From an uncultured Reyranella sp. (GTDB lineage: Bacteria > Pseudomonadota > Alphaproteobacteria > Reyranellales > Reyranellaceae), in the NCBI GenBank assembly GCA_964588065.1, contig CAZPOS010000002.1, positions 5,482 through 69,481 on the forward strand: a stretch of 64,000 nucleotides of DNA, read 5' to 3'. The translations under genes and the position numbers were made by a program. Below, piece after piece: positions 1-9,263 of the stretch (position 1 is its first letter; every line of letters starts with the position of its first letter). The notes under the pieces are model-generated. The model worked only from the letters and a program-made list of their open reading frames with translations. It had not been told where the DNA came from and did no database searches.

Positions 1-33
1 CATCACCTGGTTATGATTGGGCTCTTCCATCAT
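1..33 (-). CDS. possible 5' end of the next polysaccharide-locus gene (runs off the window)
   Basis: Reverse strand reads ATG ATG GAA GAG CCC AAT... (MMEEPNHNQVM) open to the window edge, downstream of the OPX gene; only a weak AAGGG RBS. Confidence 0.3.
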   Translation of the reverse strand, partial: MMEEPNHNQVM

Positions 34-217
34 GTGGCTGGCCCTTGGCAACGATCCCATCCCACTCACTCCGCGACAATCACCACTCGCGAGGACACCC
101 GCTCGAACGGCACACCAACCAGGTCCGCTCGAGAACCGACTCCATGCATCCCACTAAAAGATGGACGGTCCCACACCGCCCATCCCCACCCATACACTTT
201 ACGCCTTACGCTACTCG

Positions 218-838
218 TTAGAACCAACGCTCCGGCACACGAATGATGTCGCCCGGCCCCACCGGGGTATCTTCCGTGACCGTCTCTTCCTGACCCTGCT
301 GCGCATTGAAGCGCTGAATCGTGATTCGTGTTTTCGAAGCGCGCCGCGTGTATCCGCCGGCAATTGCGACCGCCTGCACGACATTGATGCCCGACACGTA
401 GGGGAATGACCCGGGACGGTTAATCTCGCCGACGATGTAGAACGGGCGCCGAGACACCAGATCGACGCTCAGACGCGGATTGCGCAGATAACCGCCGGAA
501 CGATAGCGATCGGCGAGCAGGGTTTCGATCTCCGGCGTCGACATGCCGAGCACGACCACCCTGCCCGCCATTCGCGGCGATATCATGCCAGTCGAATCGA
601 CCTCGTATTCACCCGACAATTCAGCATCGGACAACACCGTCACCCGAAGCCGGTCACCCGGTGCCACGCGATAATCGCCCAATCTCAGATTCTGAGTGCC
701 GAGCGACGGCTGTTGAATGGTCGCGGTCGACATGGGCGGCTGCGGACCGCAACCGCCGACCATCAACGCCATCGCCATGAAAAGCGGGCCAAGGCAGGAG
801 AGGAAGCTGCGCAAATTCACCGGATCACCGCTTTGCAA
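218..838 (-). CDS. polysaccharide export (OPX/Wza-family) lipoprotein, short Poly_export+SLBB type; start may be 820 or 778
   Basis: YRVAPGDRLRVTV, GEINRPGSFPY, AVAIAGGYT and VGPGDIIRVPERWF motifs; lipobox-like VGGC. Confidence 0.9.
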   Translation of the reverse strand: MQSGDPVNLRSFLSCLGPLFMAMALMVGGCGPQPPMSTATIQQPSLGTQNLRLGDYRVAPGDRLRVTVLSDAELSGEYEVDSTGMISPRMAGRVVVLGMSTPEIETLLADRYRSGGYLRNPRLSVDLVSRRPFYIVGEINRPGSFPYVSGINVVQAVAIAGGYTRRASKTRITIQRFNAQQGQEETVTEDTPVGPGDIIRVPERWF

Positions 839-2168
839 CCAAACGAATGGAGATTACGTCCCGAGTGTACGAAGGGCCGCCGCTGGCGACATCCGTCGAC
901 GACCCGGTCGAATGTTCGTACAGCGGACCGATCTGGACCTGTGGCCTCAGGGAATACAGCAAACCGAGCGAGGCTCGCCAGAAGTAATCCGTGCGGGGGC
1001 CTACGCCCGAACCAGGCGCCGGAGAATACTGTGAAATGTTGAAGGCCGTTCCGCCCACCAGCTGCCAAGCATCATGTACGTCGTAAGTGAAATCGATGCC
1101 AAGCGAGGTCGATACGTAGTTCTGATAGTTGCTGTAGGCGGACTCGTTGATCGACCGGATGAACGAGGGCCGAAGGGTCAATGGCGGATAGCCATTCCAC
1201 ACTCCAATCAGACCAAAATTGAAGGCCGGTGTCGACGTACCATCGGACAAGAAGGTCTGAGTCGCATAGCCGACATAACCCTCCAGGCTCGTCTTCGCCG
1301 TAAACTTTACGGTCGAGCCGAAGTTGAGGGACCAGCCGGTGGAGTCGCGCTCCTGACCGTAAGAGTTGATGAACTGGTCGTAAATTCGTTGGTTCAACCC
1401 CGGAGAGACCCAGACGTCGATATCCTCGATGATCTCATAGCCAAGGCGGACTCGCTCATCGAACTCGATGCGATTGCGGCTCGCGGCCGGGAGCGCCCCA
1501 TCATAGATGATGCTGTTGTCCGAGTACCGGTAGCGCGTGGCTGAGGCCTTGAGATCGTAAAAGAACCGGTTGAATCGCTGATAGAGCCCCAACTCGACGG
1601 GTATCGAATCGACCACCGTAGGCGCACTTGCGACGACCGTGTTTGGGGTACCCAGCGCTTCCGTCTGCCGGCGCACGCCCGCCAGTGCGTATAGATAGAA
1701 ATCCCTTTGGATTTCCAATCGCCCATCGGCGATCACATAGGCGTTCCAGTAATTCTGGCTGGTCGCATTCGCGTAGAAGCCGAAGCCCCCGCCCGCGACC
1801 ATGCGAAACGAATGGTTCAACCATTCCGATTGGATCTCCACGACCGGCTTGATCAAGGAGAATGGCGATCCCACCGTCGGGCTCGTGGTAGCGTAAACGT
1901 TACTGTCGTACCCCGCCTGCACTTCCAAGGATGGATAGAGCGTGAACGCGCCGGCGGCGATGCCGATCTCCGGGCGTTCGACGATGGGTCCAGCGGACGG
2001 CGCCGCCACGCCCGGTATGTCCACGAGGGGAGTCTGCTCGAGCAATATCTGGGCAGCCGGCGCAGAGGTCTCGGATTGCGCGTTGGCAATCGTTGCTCCA
2101 CAGGCCAGCAAGACCCAGCCGACAAAAGGGGACCAGATCAGCTGCGATGTATTCGCGCTTATCGACAT
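825..2168 (-). CDS. polysaccharide-associated outer-membrane beta-barrel protein (BBP2/EpsL-like)
   Basis: Signal peptide, LYPSLEVQAGYDSNV motif, alternating Y/F-rich amphipathic strands; next to the OPX gene. Start trimmed to ATG at 2168. Confidence 0.8.
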   Translation of the reverse strand: MSISANTSQLIWSPFVGWVLLACGATIANAQSETSAPAAQILLEQTPLVDIPGVAAPSAGPIVERPEIGIAAGAFTLYPSLEVQAGYDSNVYATTSPTVGSPFSLIKPVVEIQSEWLNHSFRMVAGGGFGFYANATSQNYWNAYVIADGRLEIQRDFYLYALAGVRRQTEALGTPNTVVASAPTVVDSIPVELGLYQRFNRFFYDLKASATRYRYSDNSIIYDGALPAASRNRIEFDERVRLGYEIIEDIDVWVSPGLNQRIYDQFINSYGQERDSTGWSLNFGSTVKFTAKTSLEGYVGYATQTFLSDGTSTPAFNFGLIGVWNGYPPLTLRPSFIRSINESAYSNYQNYVSTSLGIDFTYDVHDAWQLVGGTAFNISQYSPAPGSGVGPRTDYFWRASLGLLYSLRPQVQIGPLYEHSTGSSTDVASGGPSYTRDVISIRLVAKR

Positions 2169-2244
2169 GGGTGCTCTATGCCATCCAGGTACCGGTCCGA
2201 GTGTCGCTTGCAAGAAGAAGGCTTCCCGCGAACACTCGCAGCGG

Positions 2245-2955
2245 CTACCGCGGGCTCTGCTGCTGCGGCGGAGATGGGTCATAGATCACAGGCGGAAGCG
2301 GGCCGGGGGTCACCGGGATCGGCGGCGCAGGTGGGTTTACCACCGGCGTGACCGGTGGAGGTTGTGGATTGGACGGCGTCAGCGTGTTGACCATGCTCAC
2401 CAGCGTCTCACTGGAGACCTCGCCCGGCACTCCCAGCTTTTCGGCAATGAACTGCTGCATCGTCGGTCCGCCGACCGGGCCGTAGGTGCCCGCATAGTTT
2501 TGATCATTGGGCGCCGGGATCAGCGGGTCTGCACTCATCCCCAGACTACCCAACCCTCCCGGAAGGCCGCCATCCGGCGCGGTATTCTGCAGCGGAGCCG
2601 CGGCTTGCAGCGGCCCCGAGTTTTGAAGCGGCCCATTGTTCTGCATAGGATCAGAACTCTGAAGCGGGCCCGGCGACTGCAGCGGACCCGATCCCTGCAG
2701 CGGCCCCCCGCCCTGAAGAGGGCCACCACCCTGGAGTGGTCCACGCTGAGCCTGAAGGAAGTCCCCCTCTGGGCCGCCCTCCGGCGCCGAGCCTGCGGCG
2801 GGGCCGGCCCCGACCGTGGGACCCGCCCCGAAACTCGGCCCCTGGCCCTTTTGATTAGGGTTGGCACCGGGCTGCAGTTGAGCGACGGCGCTCGAAACCC
2901 AAAAGAGAGCCGACGCTGCCGCAAATCCCTGCGCCCAAAGTGCAAACTTGAACAT
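2245..2955 (-). CDS. secreted Gly/Pro/Gln-rich hexapeptide-repeat protein
   Basis: Signal peptide MFKFALWAQ...SAVA|Q, nine GPLQxx-type repeats, Pro-rich C-terminus. Confidence 0.75.
   Translation of the reverse strand: MFKFALWAQGFAAASALFWVSSAVAQLQPGANPNQKGQGPSFGAGPTVGAGPAAGSAPEGGPEGDFLQAQRGPLQGGGPLQGGGPLQGSGPLQSPGPLQSSDPMQNNGPLQNSGPLQAAAPLQNTAPDGGLPGGLGSLGMSADPLIPAPNDQNYAGTYGPVGGPTMQQFIAEKLGVPGEVSSETLVSMVNTLTPSNPQPPPVTPVVNPPAPPIPVTPGPLPPVIYDPSPPQQQSPR
2581..2742 (-). repeat. 9 x 18-bp degenerate coding tandem repeat (GPLQGG, GPLQGG, GPLQGS, GPLQSP, GPLQSS, DPMQNN, GPLQNS, GPLQAA, APLQNT)
   Basis: Read directly from the translation. Confidence 0.9.
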
Positions 2956-3299
2956 ACTGTCCACCCAATCCGCTCGCCGCAGAGGCGTTGCGGTCAATTT
3001 CTGGAAGCACTACCCACGAGCGTCGTAGAAATTCGGATTGGTCCCACCCAAGCCGTCACAAATAAATAGCCAAGAGAGTGCAAAATGCCAAGTCCATTGC
3101 GCGCCTCAGGGACATTTGCAGTACGAATGCTGCGGCGCTGAGAAACACAACCCTCTCGCGAAATCGACAATGGCGCCGCTCTCCGCACCCCAAAATGACG
3201 CACCCGAATAACGCTCTCGAAGACTGCATTTTTAAGGCAATAATTCCGCAGGGGTGGTCTTTCCTGGGTCGTTTTCGGGATTTCAGCCGACGCGGCACC

Positions 3300-4442
3300 T
3301 CAAGTCTTCGCCTCCCATCCATCGGCGGCGCCTTCGAGAGCCAGGGCAAAACCACGAAAGTCTTTACATTCTACGTGCCAGTATGCTGCGGCATGCCGAT
3401 TTGCGAGCAAGTGCACATCGGAGTCAGTGCTTCCGACGAAAATGATCGGCTTTCCCGATTCCAAGCATGCGTAGACCTTCGAAGGCATGACGTAGCCGAC
3501 GAATGAATCGCGAAGCGTAACCAGATGAGCTGCGGGCGCCCGGAGCAGGCCGGCGAGCCTTTCCAATGGCACGGGCTTGGATCGATGAAACGGCAAGACG
3601 TCATCACGTAAGCGGGCGGCAATCTCGTCAGCCCCGGCGCCCGTGGCACTAAGCCACAGGTGGACGCGTCCGCTGCCCTCTCGATGGTGCAGTCGGTAGC
3701 CTTCGACCACGGTTTCGATCTCGTGGGCGACGCCGTAATTCCCGGAATACAGAAGCACGCACTTCCCGGCGAGCTCGGCCGGCAGCGCTTCGACGGGCTC
3801 GCCCCCGGTAAAGGCAACGGGCGACCCGTCCCGGACCAGCGCGATGCGCTCCGCCGAGATGCCCGTCGCTTCGAGGCGCCGCCGCTGGTCCTCGCCCAGG
3901 ACCTCGAAACCATCGACGCGCCGGCGCCAGAAATTCGTCAACCCCAGCAGGAAGTCCAAGGCGCGCGAGGGCCTGTCGCGTGCAGCGATCAGGCATTCCG
4001 GATGGAAGTCGGTGATGCGGTAGACCAGACGGCCGCGCCATAATGGCTTCAACGGAGCGAGAAGGTGGATCAGGAATGGCGGCGAGCCGGTGAACAGGAT
4101 TCCGTCGGCGGTCCGCAGCCGACCGAACGCCGCAAACACCAATCGCAGGTTGATCACGATCGTCCACAGCATGCGCCCCGCGAGCGAATGCCGCGGGACC
4201 GGCGGCGCCGAGAGGCGGACTTCCGTCAGCGAGCCCTTCCCTATTTCCCGGTGCTCCCTGGAGGTTGCCCCCGTGGTCAATCCGATCAGAGTGACGGAAT
4301 GTCCCTGGGCGGCCAGCGCCTGTGCGCGCATCTGCATGTACTGGCCCACCGCGCCAAAGTCCGGGGGCAGCCAGTCCGCGATGACGACGATCCGACGTTC
4401 TGTCGCCGGATCGAATGGGCTTTTTTCAAGGAGATCCATCAC
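3300..4442 (-). CDS. glycosyltransferase, GT4/WcaI-like
   Basis: LLYSGNYGVAH and MPSKVYACLESGKPI motifs. Confidence 0.85.
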   Translation of the reverse strand: MMDLLEKSPFDPATERRIVVIADWLPPDFGAVGQYMQMRAQALAAQGHSVTLIGLTTGATSREHREIGKGSLTEVRLSAPPVPRHSLAGRMLWTIVINLRLVFAAFGRLRTADGILFTGSPPFLIHLLAPLKPLWRGRLVYRITDFHPECLIAARDRPSRALDFLLGLTNFWRRRVDGFEVLGEDQRRRLEATGISAERIALVRDGSPVAFTGGEPVEALPAELAGKCVLLYSGNYGVAHEIETVVEGYRLHHREGSGRVHLWLSATGAGADEIAARLRDDVLPFHRSKPVPLERLAGLLRAPAAHLVTLRDSFVGYVMPSKVYACLESGKPIIFVGSTDSDVHLLANRHAAAYWHVECKDFRGFALALEGAADGWEAKT

Positions 4443-5635
4443 CCGAAGGCTCGCGGCGTCGATGGGCGGGCAACCGAACGGTAGAGGTCCTCCATCCTCC
4501 GCGCTACGGCCGGCCAGCCGTAGCGGTCGATCACGGCGGCCTGCCCTGCCTGTCCCTGTCGTCGACAGAGTTCGGGGTTGGCGAACATGGTCCCCAGGGC
4601 TGCGCCGATGGCGGTAGGCGTGGGATCGACCACCACCCCCGCCCCCGTCTCGCGAACGATTTCAGACATGCCGACGTCGGGCGTGGCGAGGACCGGCACC
4701 CCGCGGCGCATCGCTTCGAAGGCCGCGATCCCAAAGTTCTCGGAAAGCGAGGTCATCGCAAACAGCCGCGCGGCGCCGAACAAGGCCTCCTTGTCGCCGC
4801 CGGAGACATGGCGTGCGATAATTGTCACCCGATCGCCCACGCCCAGCCGAGCCGCTTCGGAGTTGAGGAACGCCGCATGGCCGTCGGCATCGTCGCCCGC
4901 CATGACCGCACGCACGTCGGGTGCCTCCACCAGCGCCGCGATCACCCGGTCGAGCCCCTTTTCCCAGCTCAAGCGCCCGAACGACAGGACCATCGGGCCG
5001 CCGGAAATCGCGGCGGCCACGTCGGCGGAGAGCGCCTCAGTGGAAGGCGGTGGGGGATCGTCGACACCGTGGGGTATCATCGCGATGCGGGGCAGGCACC
5101 AGCCAAAGCTCCGGATGTGCTGGACCTCGATGTCGGACGTCGCATGCACTGCGGCCGCCGTCTCGAGATTGTGGCGATCGATGAGACGGATCCAGGCTTC
5201 CTTGACCCAGCGACTTTTGCGCCGGATCAGCTCGGGCACCAGCATGCCGCGAGGCGAGATCACGTAGGGAATGCCGTGCCGCCGGGCAGCACGCGCACCA
5301 GCCAGAATCGGCCACAGGAAGACTGAATGCAGATGGACGGCGTCGAAGCCCGCCGTCGCCTCGGAGAGTTCGTGTCCCATTGCAGGCGACCAGTAAAGCC
5401 TGCGCAGGATGCGGCTGGGGAAGTACGTGACCTTCACCCCGTCCACATCAACCGGCGTCATGAGTGGCACGTCGCTGTCGGACGGCCCGTCAACGCTGGT
5501 GGTGAACACCTGAACATCGTGTCCCGCCGCCGCGAGCTCGCGGCAAAGGGCGTGGACCGAACGGATGGGCCCGCCATATCTCACCGCGGGTAGATAGGTC
5601 GGAACCACATGAAGAAGGCGTAACGGCTGGTCCAC
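4439..5635 (-). CDS. glycosyltransferase family 4
   Basis: YGGPIRSV, FGRLSWEKGLD and SENFGIAAFEAM (ExFG-x4-E) motifs; start trimmed to GTG at 5635. Confidence 0.9.
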   Translation of the reverse strand: MDQPLRLLHVVPTYLPAVRYGGPIRSVHALCRELAAAGHDVQVFTTSVDGPSDSDVPLMTPVDVDGVKVTYFPSRILRRLYWSPAMGHELSEATAGFDAVHLHSVFLWPILAGARAARRHGIPYVISPRGMLVPELIRRKSRWVKEAWIRLIDRHNLETAAAVHATSDIEVQHIRSFGWCLPRIAMIPHGVDDPPPPSTEALSADVAAAISGGPMVLSFGRLSWEKGLDRVIAALVEAPDVRAVMAGDDADGHAAFLNSEAARLGVGDRVTIIARHVSGGDKEALFGAARLFAMTSLSENFGIAAFEAMRRGVPVLATPDVGMSEIVRETGAGVVVDPTPTAIGAALGTMFANPELCRRQGQAGQAAVIDRYGWPAVARRMEDLYRSVARPSTPRAFG

Positions 5636-5758
5636 GGGACTGAAGCAACTGGGTCTATCGCAGAAAGAAGATAGCATATATATTGCAAAAATAGGCGATT
5701 GGGTTCGCCCCATGCTGCCGACTCTCGTTCAAGAGCCATCCTGCCACTCTGCAGGTCG

Positions 5759-6928
5759 TCATACCGGACGCTTTCCGTCGGCGAGGAAATCGGCGGCTTC
5801 CAGCATCCCTTCAACAGCCCGCGTCGGCGAATAGATCGCCATGCGCTCAGCCAGTGCCCGGGACAGAGCGGCACGATCGAGCTGAAGCGTCGAGGCTATG
5901 GCGGCGGCCAGCTCGACCACGTCGCCGAGCGGAGCGACCGCACCGGTCACACCGGGCAGAACGAGATCCGGCCCGCACCCGACCGCATCGGACACGACCG
6001 CTGGAATGCCGCAGGCCATGGCCTCGTTGACCACCAGCCCCCAGGTCTCGACAGCGGTGGACGGCAGCACCAGAACGTCGGCCGTCGCGTAGACGGCGGG
6101 CAGCCTGCTCTGATTCACGAACCCCAGAAACCGGGCCTGTATGCCCCCCGCACGCGCGGCCTGCTCCATGGGCGCCTGCAGCTCGCCCGCCCCCGCAATG
6201 ACGAGCTCGACGCCGCGCCCTTGGGCAGCCAGCCGGGCTGCCGCCTGAACCACGTCCATGGGCCGCTTGCTCTCGACCAAGCGGCCGACGAAGAGCACGC
6301 GCCGGCGGCCAGCCAGCGCGCTCCCCGCGACCGCTCCACGCGCAAGGGCACTGGCCTGCCGGAAACCGTCATTGTCGACGCAGTGTGGCGAGAAGAACAG
6401 CCGGCCCGGCGGCACGCCATAGTACTCGAAGTACTCGCGATTGCGCCGTCCCACGTACAGACAGGCGTCGAAACGTTTCAGCACACTTGGAAAGACCATG
6501 CCTTTCAGTCGTCCCGCGACGCCACGCCGCTGCCCGGCCAACTGTGAATCACCTCGTACCATCACCGGCACGCGGGAACGGTGGCACGCCCCCACCGCCT
6601 GCCAGTAGGACAGCATCGACCACCCTGGCACAACGAAGGCATCGAACCGTCCGGCTGCAATCCTTTCGCCGATCTCGGGCGTATTGCAGCCGTAAAAGCC
6701 CTGGGTCGACGGCGACCGCGCCACATTTTGCAGGAACTCGCTCTCATAGCCGGATAGGAGATCTACATCCCAGTCGAATGCCACGCCGTAGCCGGCCCGC
6801 CCCTGTGCCTCCGCGTCCGGCCGGTGAGCGAAAAAGACGGTGAGATCGCAACACCGCGCCAGCTCCCGGAAGATTGGCGCGTAGTACTGGATGGGATGGC
6901 TGACCAGAAAGCCGATCCGTCGCTTCAA
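5759..6928 (-). CDS. glycosyltransferase family 4
   Basis: SHPIQY, FVGRLVESKRP and ETWGLVVNEAMACG motifs. Confidence 0.92.
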   Translation of the reverse strand: MKRRIGFLVSHPIQYYAPIFRELARCCDLTVFFAHRPDAEAQGRAGYGVAFDWDVDLLSGYESEFLQNVARSPSTQGFYGCNTPEIGERIAAGRFDAFVVPGWSMLSYWQAVGACHRSRVPVMVRGDSQLAGQRRGVAGRLKGMVFPSVLKRFDACLYVGRRNREYFEYYGVPPGRLFFSPHCVDNDGFRQASALARGAVAGSALAGRRRVLFVGRLVESKRPMDVVQAAARLAAQGRGVELVIAGAGELQAPMEQAARAGGIQARFLGFVNQSRLPAVYATADVLVLPSTAVETWGLVVNEAMACGIPAVVSDAVGCGPDLVLPGVTGAVAPLGDVVELAAAIASTLQLDRAALSRALAERMAIYSPTRAVEGMLEAADFLADGKRPV

Positions 6929-8217
6929 GGGCGCACCTTCGGGGTGATGGCGCGCTCCAACGCGGCCACGAACAGCCGTGTCGATTCCCGCGCGGAGTAC
7001 CCCTCGAAAGCGCTGCGGTCGATGACGGCTGTCGCATCGACCGGTCGATCGACTAGCCTTCGGAGAGCCTCGGCCACGACCTCCGGGGTGGGCAGCTTGC
7101 CTTCCGTCAGGGTCAGCACTTCGCCGACGTGAGCCGAGCGGATCATACCGACCGCCGTGCTGTCACCGTGCAGCAGCGCGAAGACCGGCCGCTCCGAGAG
7201 CATCGCCTGAAAGACCTTCGACGGCGTGTAGTGCGGCTCGGTCGAGCCCAGCACCAGAACCGCACTCGAATGCATGAGATGGTTCAACGTGTCGACATAA
7301 CCGATCCGGTGCGGGTGCTCGTCGACCATCTCCTCCACGCCAGCTGCGCGGGCGCGCGGCAGGACACGATGGCCGTTGGGGTCATCGGGCGAGCTGCCCG
7401 TACCGACGAAATGAACACGAAGCCGCAAGGCCAGCGACGGCACCGTCTGACGCAGCCGGTGCAATCCGGCGAGGAAAGCATCCAGCACGACGAGCCCCGC
7501 CGGCAATAGCGCCCCGGCGTAGATCATGTGAAACCGGCCGTCTGCGGGATCGAACAGGAAAGGTGCGCGGCCTAAACGGCGCACCAGATCATAGTCTTCC
7601 GGCGCCGTGCCCATCGGCATGTAGGCCAGCTCCGATCGCGCGGCGACTTCCGGATTGCGCTGCAACATGCCGGCGACGTAACCCGGCGCCATGGCGGTAA
7701 TCAGAGCGGCATCGCGGACCGACCAGGGCTCGAGGAGCTCAGCCAGGCGGTTCGAGGCCCAGGCACGACTCAACACCTTTTCGCTTCCGGTCCAGCGATT
7801 GACCCAAGGATCCTGATAGTCGATGCCGAAGGGGAGTCCGGTGCGAAGATGCAGCAGCCTGCCGACCGGCGCGAGAAAGTTGGAGGGGATCGTCACCATA
7901 ACGAAGTCGATCTCGCCAGCCTTCGCCATCTCCATCAGGGCGCGATAGCACCCAAGGAAAGACCGGATGCCGATGTCGCCGACCAGCCGCAGCGGACGGG
8001 TCGACAGGGTCCTGGCATGCACGACCTTGCGACCGGGCGCCACGAGATGCTCGAGGTCGGGATCCGGTCTCTCCTCGTATTCCGCCGGATCACCGGTGAC
8101 GACGATCGGCTCCCACCCGAATTCCGGCAGATAGCGCGACCACAGGCGGGCCCGTTGCGCACCCACGAGGTTGCTCGGCGGAAAGTGTCCACTGACCAAG
8201 GCGAGGCGCCGGGTCAT
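6925..8217 (-). CDS. GT-B fold glycosyltransferase
   Basis: HFPPSNLVGAQR, DYQDPW and YTPSKVFQAM motifs; ATG at 8217 overlaps the upstream stop. Confidence 0.82.
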   Translation of the reverse strand: MTRRLALVSGHFPPSNLVGAQRARLWSRYLPEFGWEPIVVTGDPAEYEERPDPDLEHLVAPGRKVVHARTLSTRPLRLVGDIGIRSFLGCYRALMEMAKAGEIDFVMVTIPSNFLAPVGRLLHLRTGLPFGIDYQDPWVNRWTGSEKVLSRAWASNRLAELLEPWSVRDAALITAMAPGYVAGMLQRNPEVAARSELAYMPMGTAPEDYDLVRRLGRAPFLFDPADGRFHMIYAGALLPAGLVVLDAFLAGLHRLRQTVPSLALRLRVHFVGTGSSPDDPNGHRVLPRARAAGVEEMVDEHPHRIGYVDTLNHLMHSSAVLVLGSTEPHYTPSKVFQAMLSERPVFALLHGDSTAVGMIRSAHVGEVLTLTEGKLPTPEVVAEALRRLVDRPVDATAVIDRSAFEGYSARESTRLFVAALERAITPKVRP

Positions 8218-9263
8218 GAGCGCGCCAGACGGGCGCGGACCTTCGAGTAGAGGTCGGCATAGCGCCTCACCACGGCATCGGCCGAGAAATGATCGACGGC
8301 TCGGCGACGACATTCCGCCCGGTCCAACGAGCCGACGCGTTGCACGGCGTCGCAGCCTTCTTCGATGGACGTGATCAAGAAGCCGTCGATGCCGGGCCGT
8401 ACGATTTCCGGCAGCGCGCCCCTTGGACACGAGATGACCGGTGCGCCACAGGCCAGCGATTCGGCGAACACGATCCCGAACGGCTCGTCCCACTGGATGG
8501 GTACGAGCATCGCCCGCGCCGCGCCCAGAAGAGCATTCTTCTGCACGTCGTCGACCGGTCCGACATACTCGACGCCGTCCTTACCGATTTCCGGCGCGAT
8601 CTTCCCACGCCAGAATCGGCCCTCCGGGTCATCGCGGTCGGAGTGGTTGCCCGCAATGATCAAGCGCCGGCCGGTCCGCCGCGCGATCTCGATCGCCCAG
8701 TGCGCGCCCTTGATCTCCTCGACACGGCTCAGGAAGACCAGCGGCGCGTCGTCCGACACGGCGGCGCCGAGCGTCAGCCCATCTGTATCGGCGAAGTTGG
8801 GAATGCCATGCCATTCCCCCCCTGCCACGCGGCCCCGGCTGGCTATGTACTCGCTGCAGCCCGTGAAGGTGATGCGTCCGGGAGCCGCCAGCCGGACGGC
8901 AAGGCCGACGGTACGCGGTGTCGGCTCGCGCTGAAACGACATGATCAAAGGGATTCGGCCGCGCAGAAGCGGCAGCAGATAGGCGATGCGGGAGAAGCTG
9001 TGGACGACGTCAGGCTTGAAGTTCCGAACCGCCCGAGAAAGCGCGATGGTATTCAGTACCGTGTCGCGCCGCGACAGTGAACTCGCTCCCGGCCAGGGAA
9101 AGAAGGCATCGTTGGGACACTCAGAGCCGGGTCGCGCGACCAGCGCAACCGTGTGGCCGGCGGCGCGCAGGCGACGGACCAGCACGTCGACGATGCGCTC
9201 GATCCCGCCATAGAGACGCGGCGGCACTTCGATCTCGGGATCGGCCGTCAGCAACAGACGCAT
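8214..9263 (-). CDS. glycosyltransferase family 4
   Basis: VPPRLYGGIER and WDEPFGIVFAESLACG motifs; start ATG at 9263. Confidence 0.92.
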   Translation of the reverse strand: MRLLLTADPEIEVPPRLYGGIERIVDVLVRRLRAAGHTVALVARPGSECPNDAFFPWPGASSLSRRDTVLNTIALSRAVRNFKPDVVHSFSRIAYLLPLLRGRIPLIMSFQREPTPRTVGLAVRLAAPGRITFTGCSEYIASRGRVAGGEWHGIPNFADTDGLTLGAAVSDDAPLVFLSRVEEIKGAHWAIEIARRTGRRLIIAGNHSDRDDPEGRFWRGKIAPEIGKDGVEYVGPVDDVQKNALLGAARAMLVPIQWDEPFGIVFAESLACGAPVISCPRGALPEIVRPGIDGFLITSIEEGCDAVQRVGSLDRAECRRRAVDHFSADAVVRRYADLYSKVRARLARS

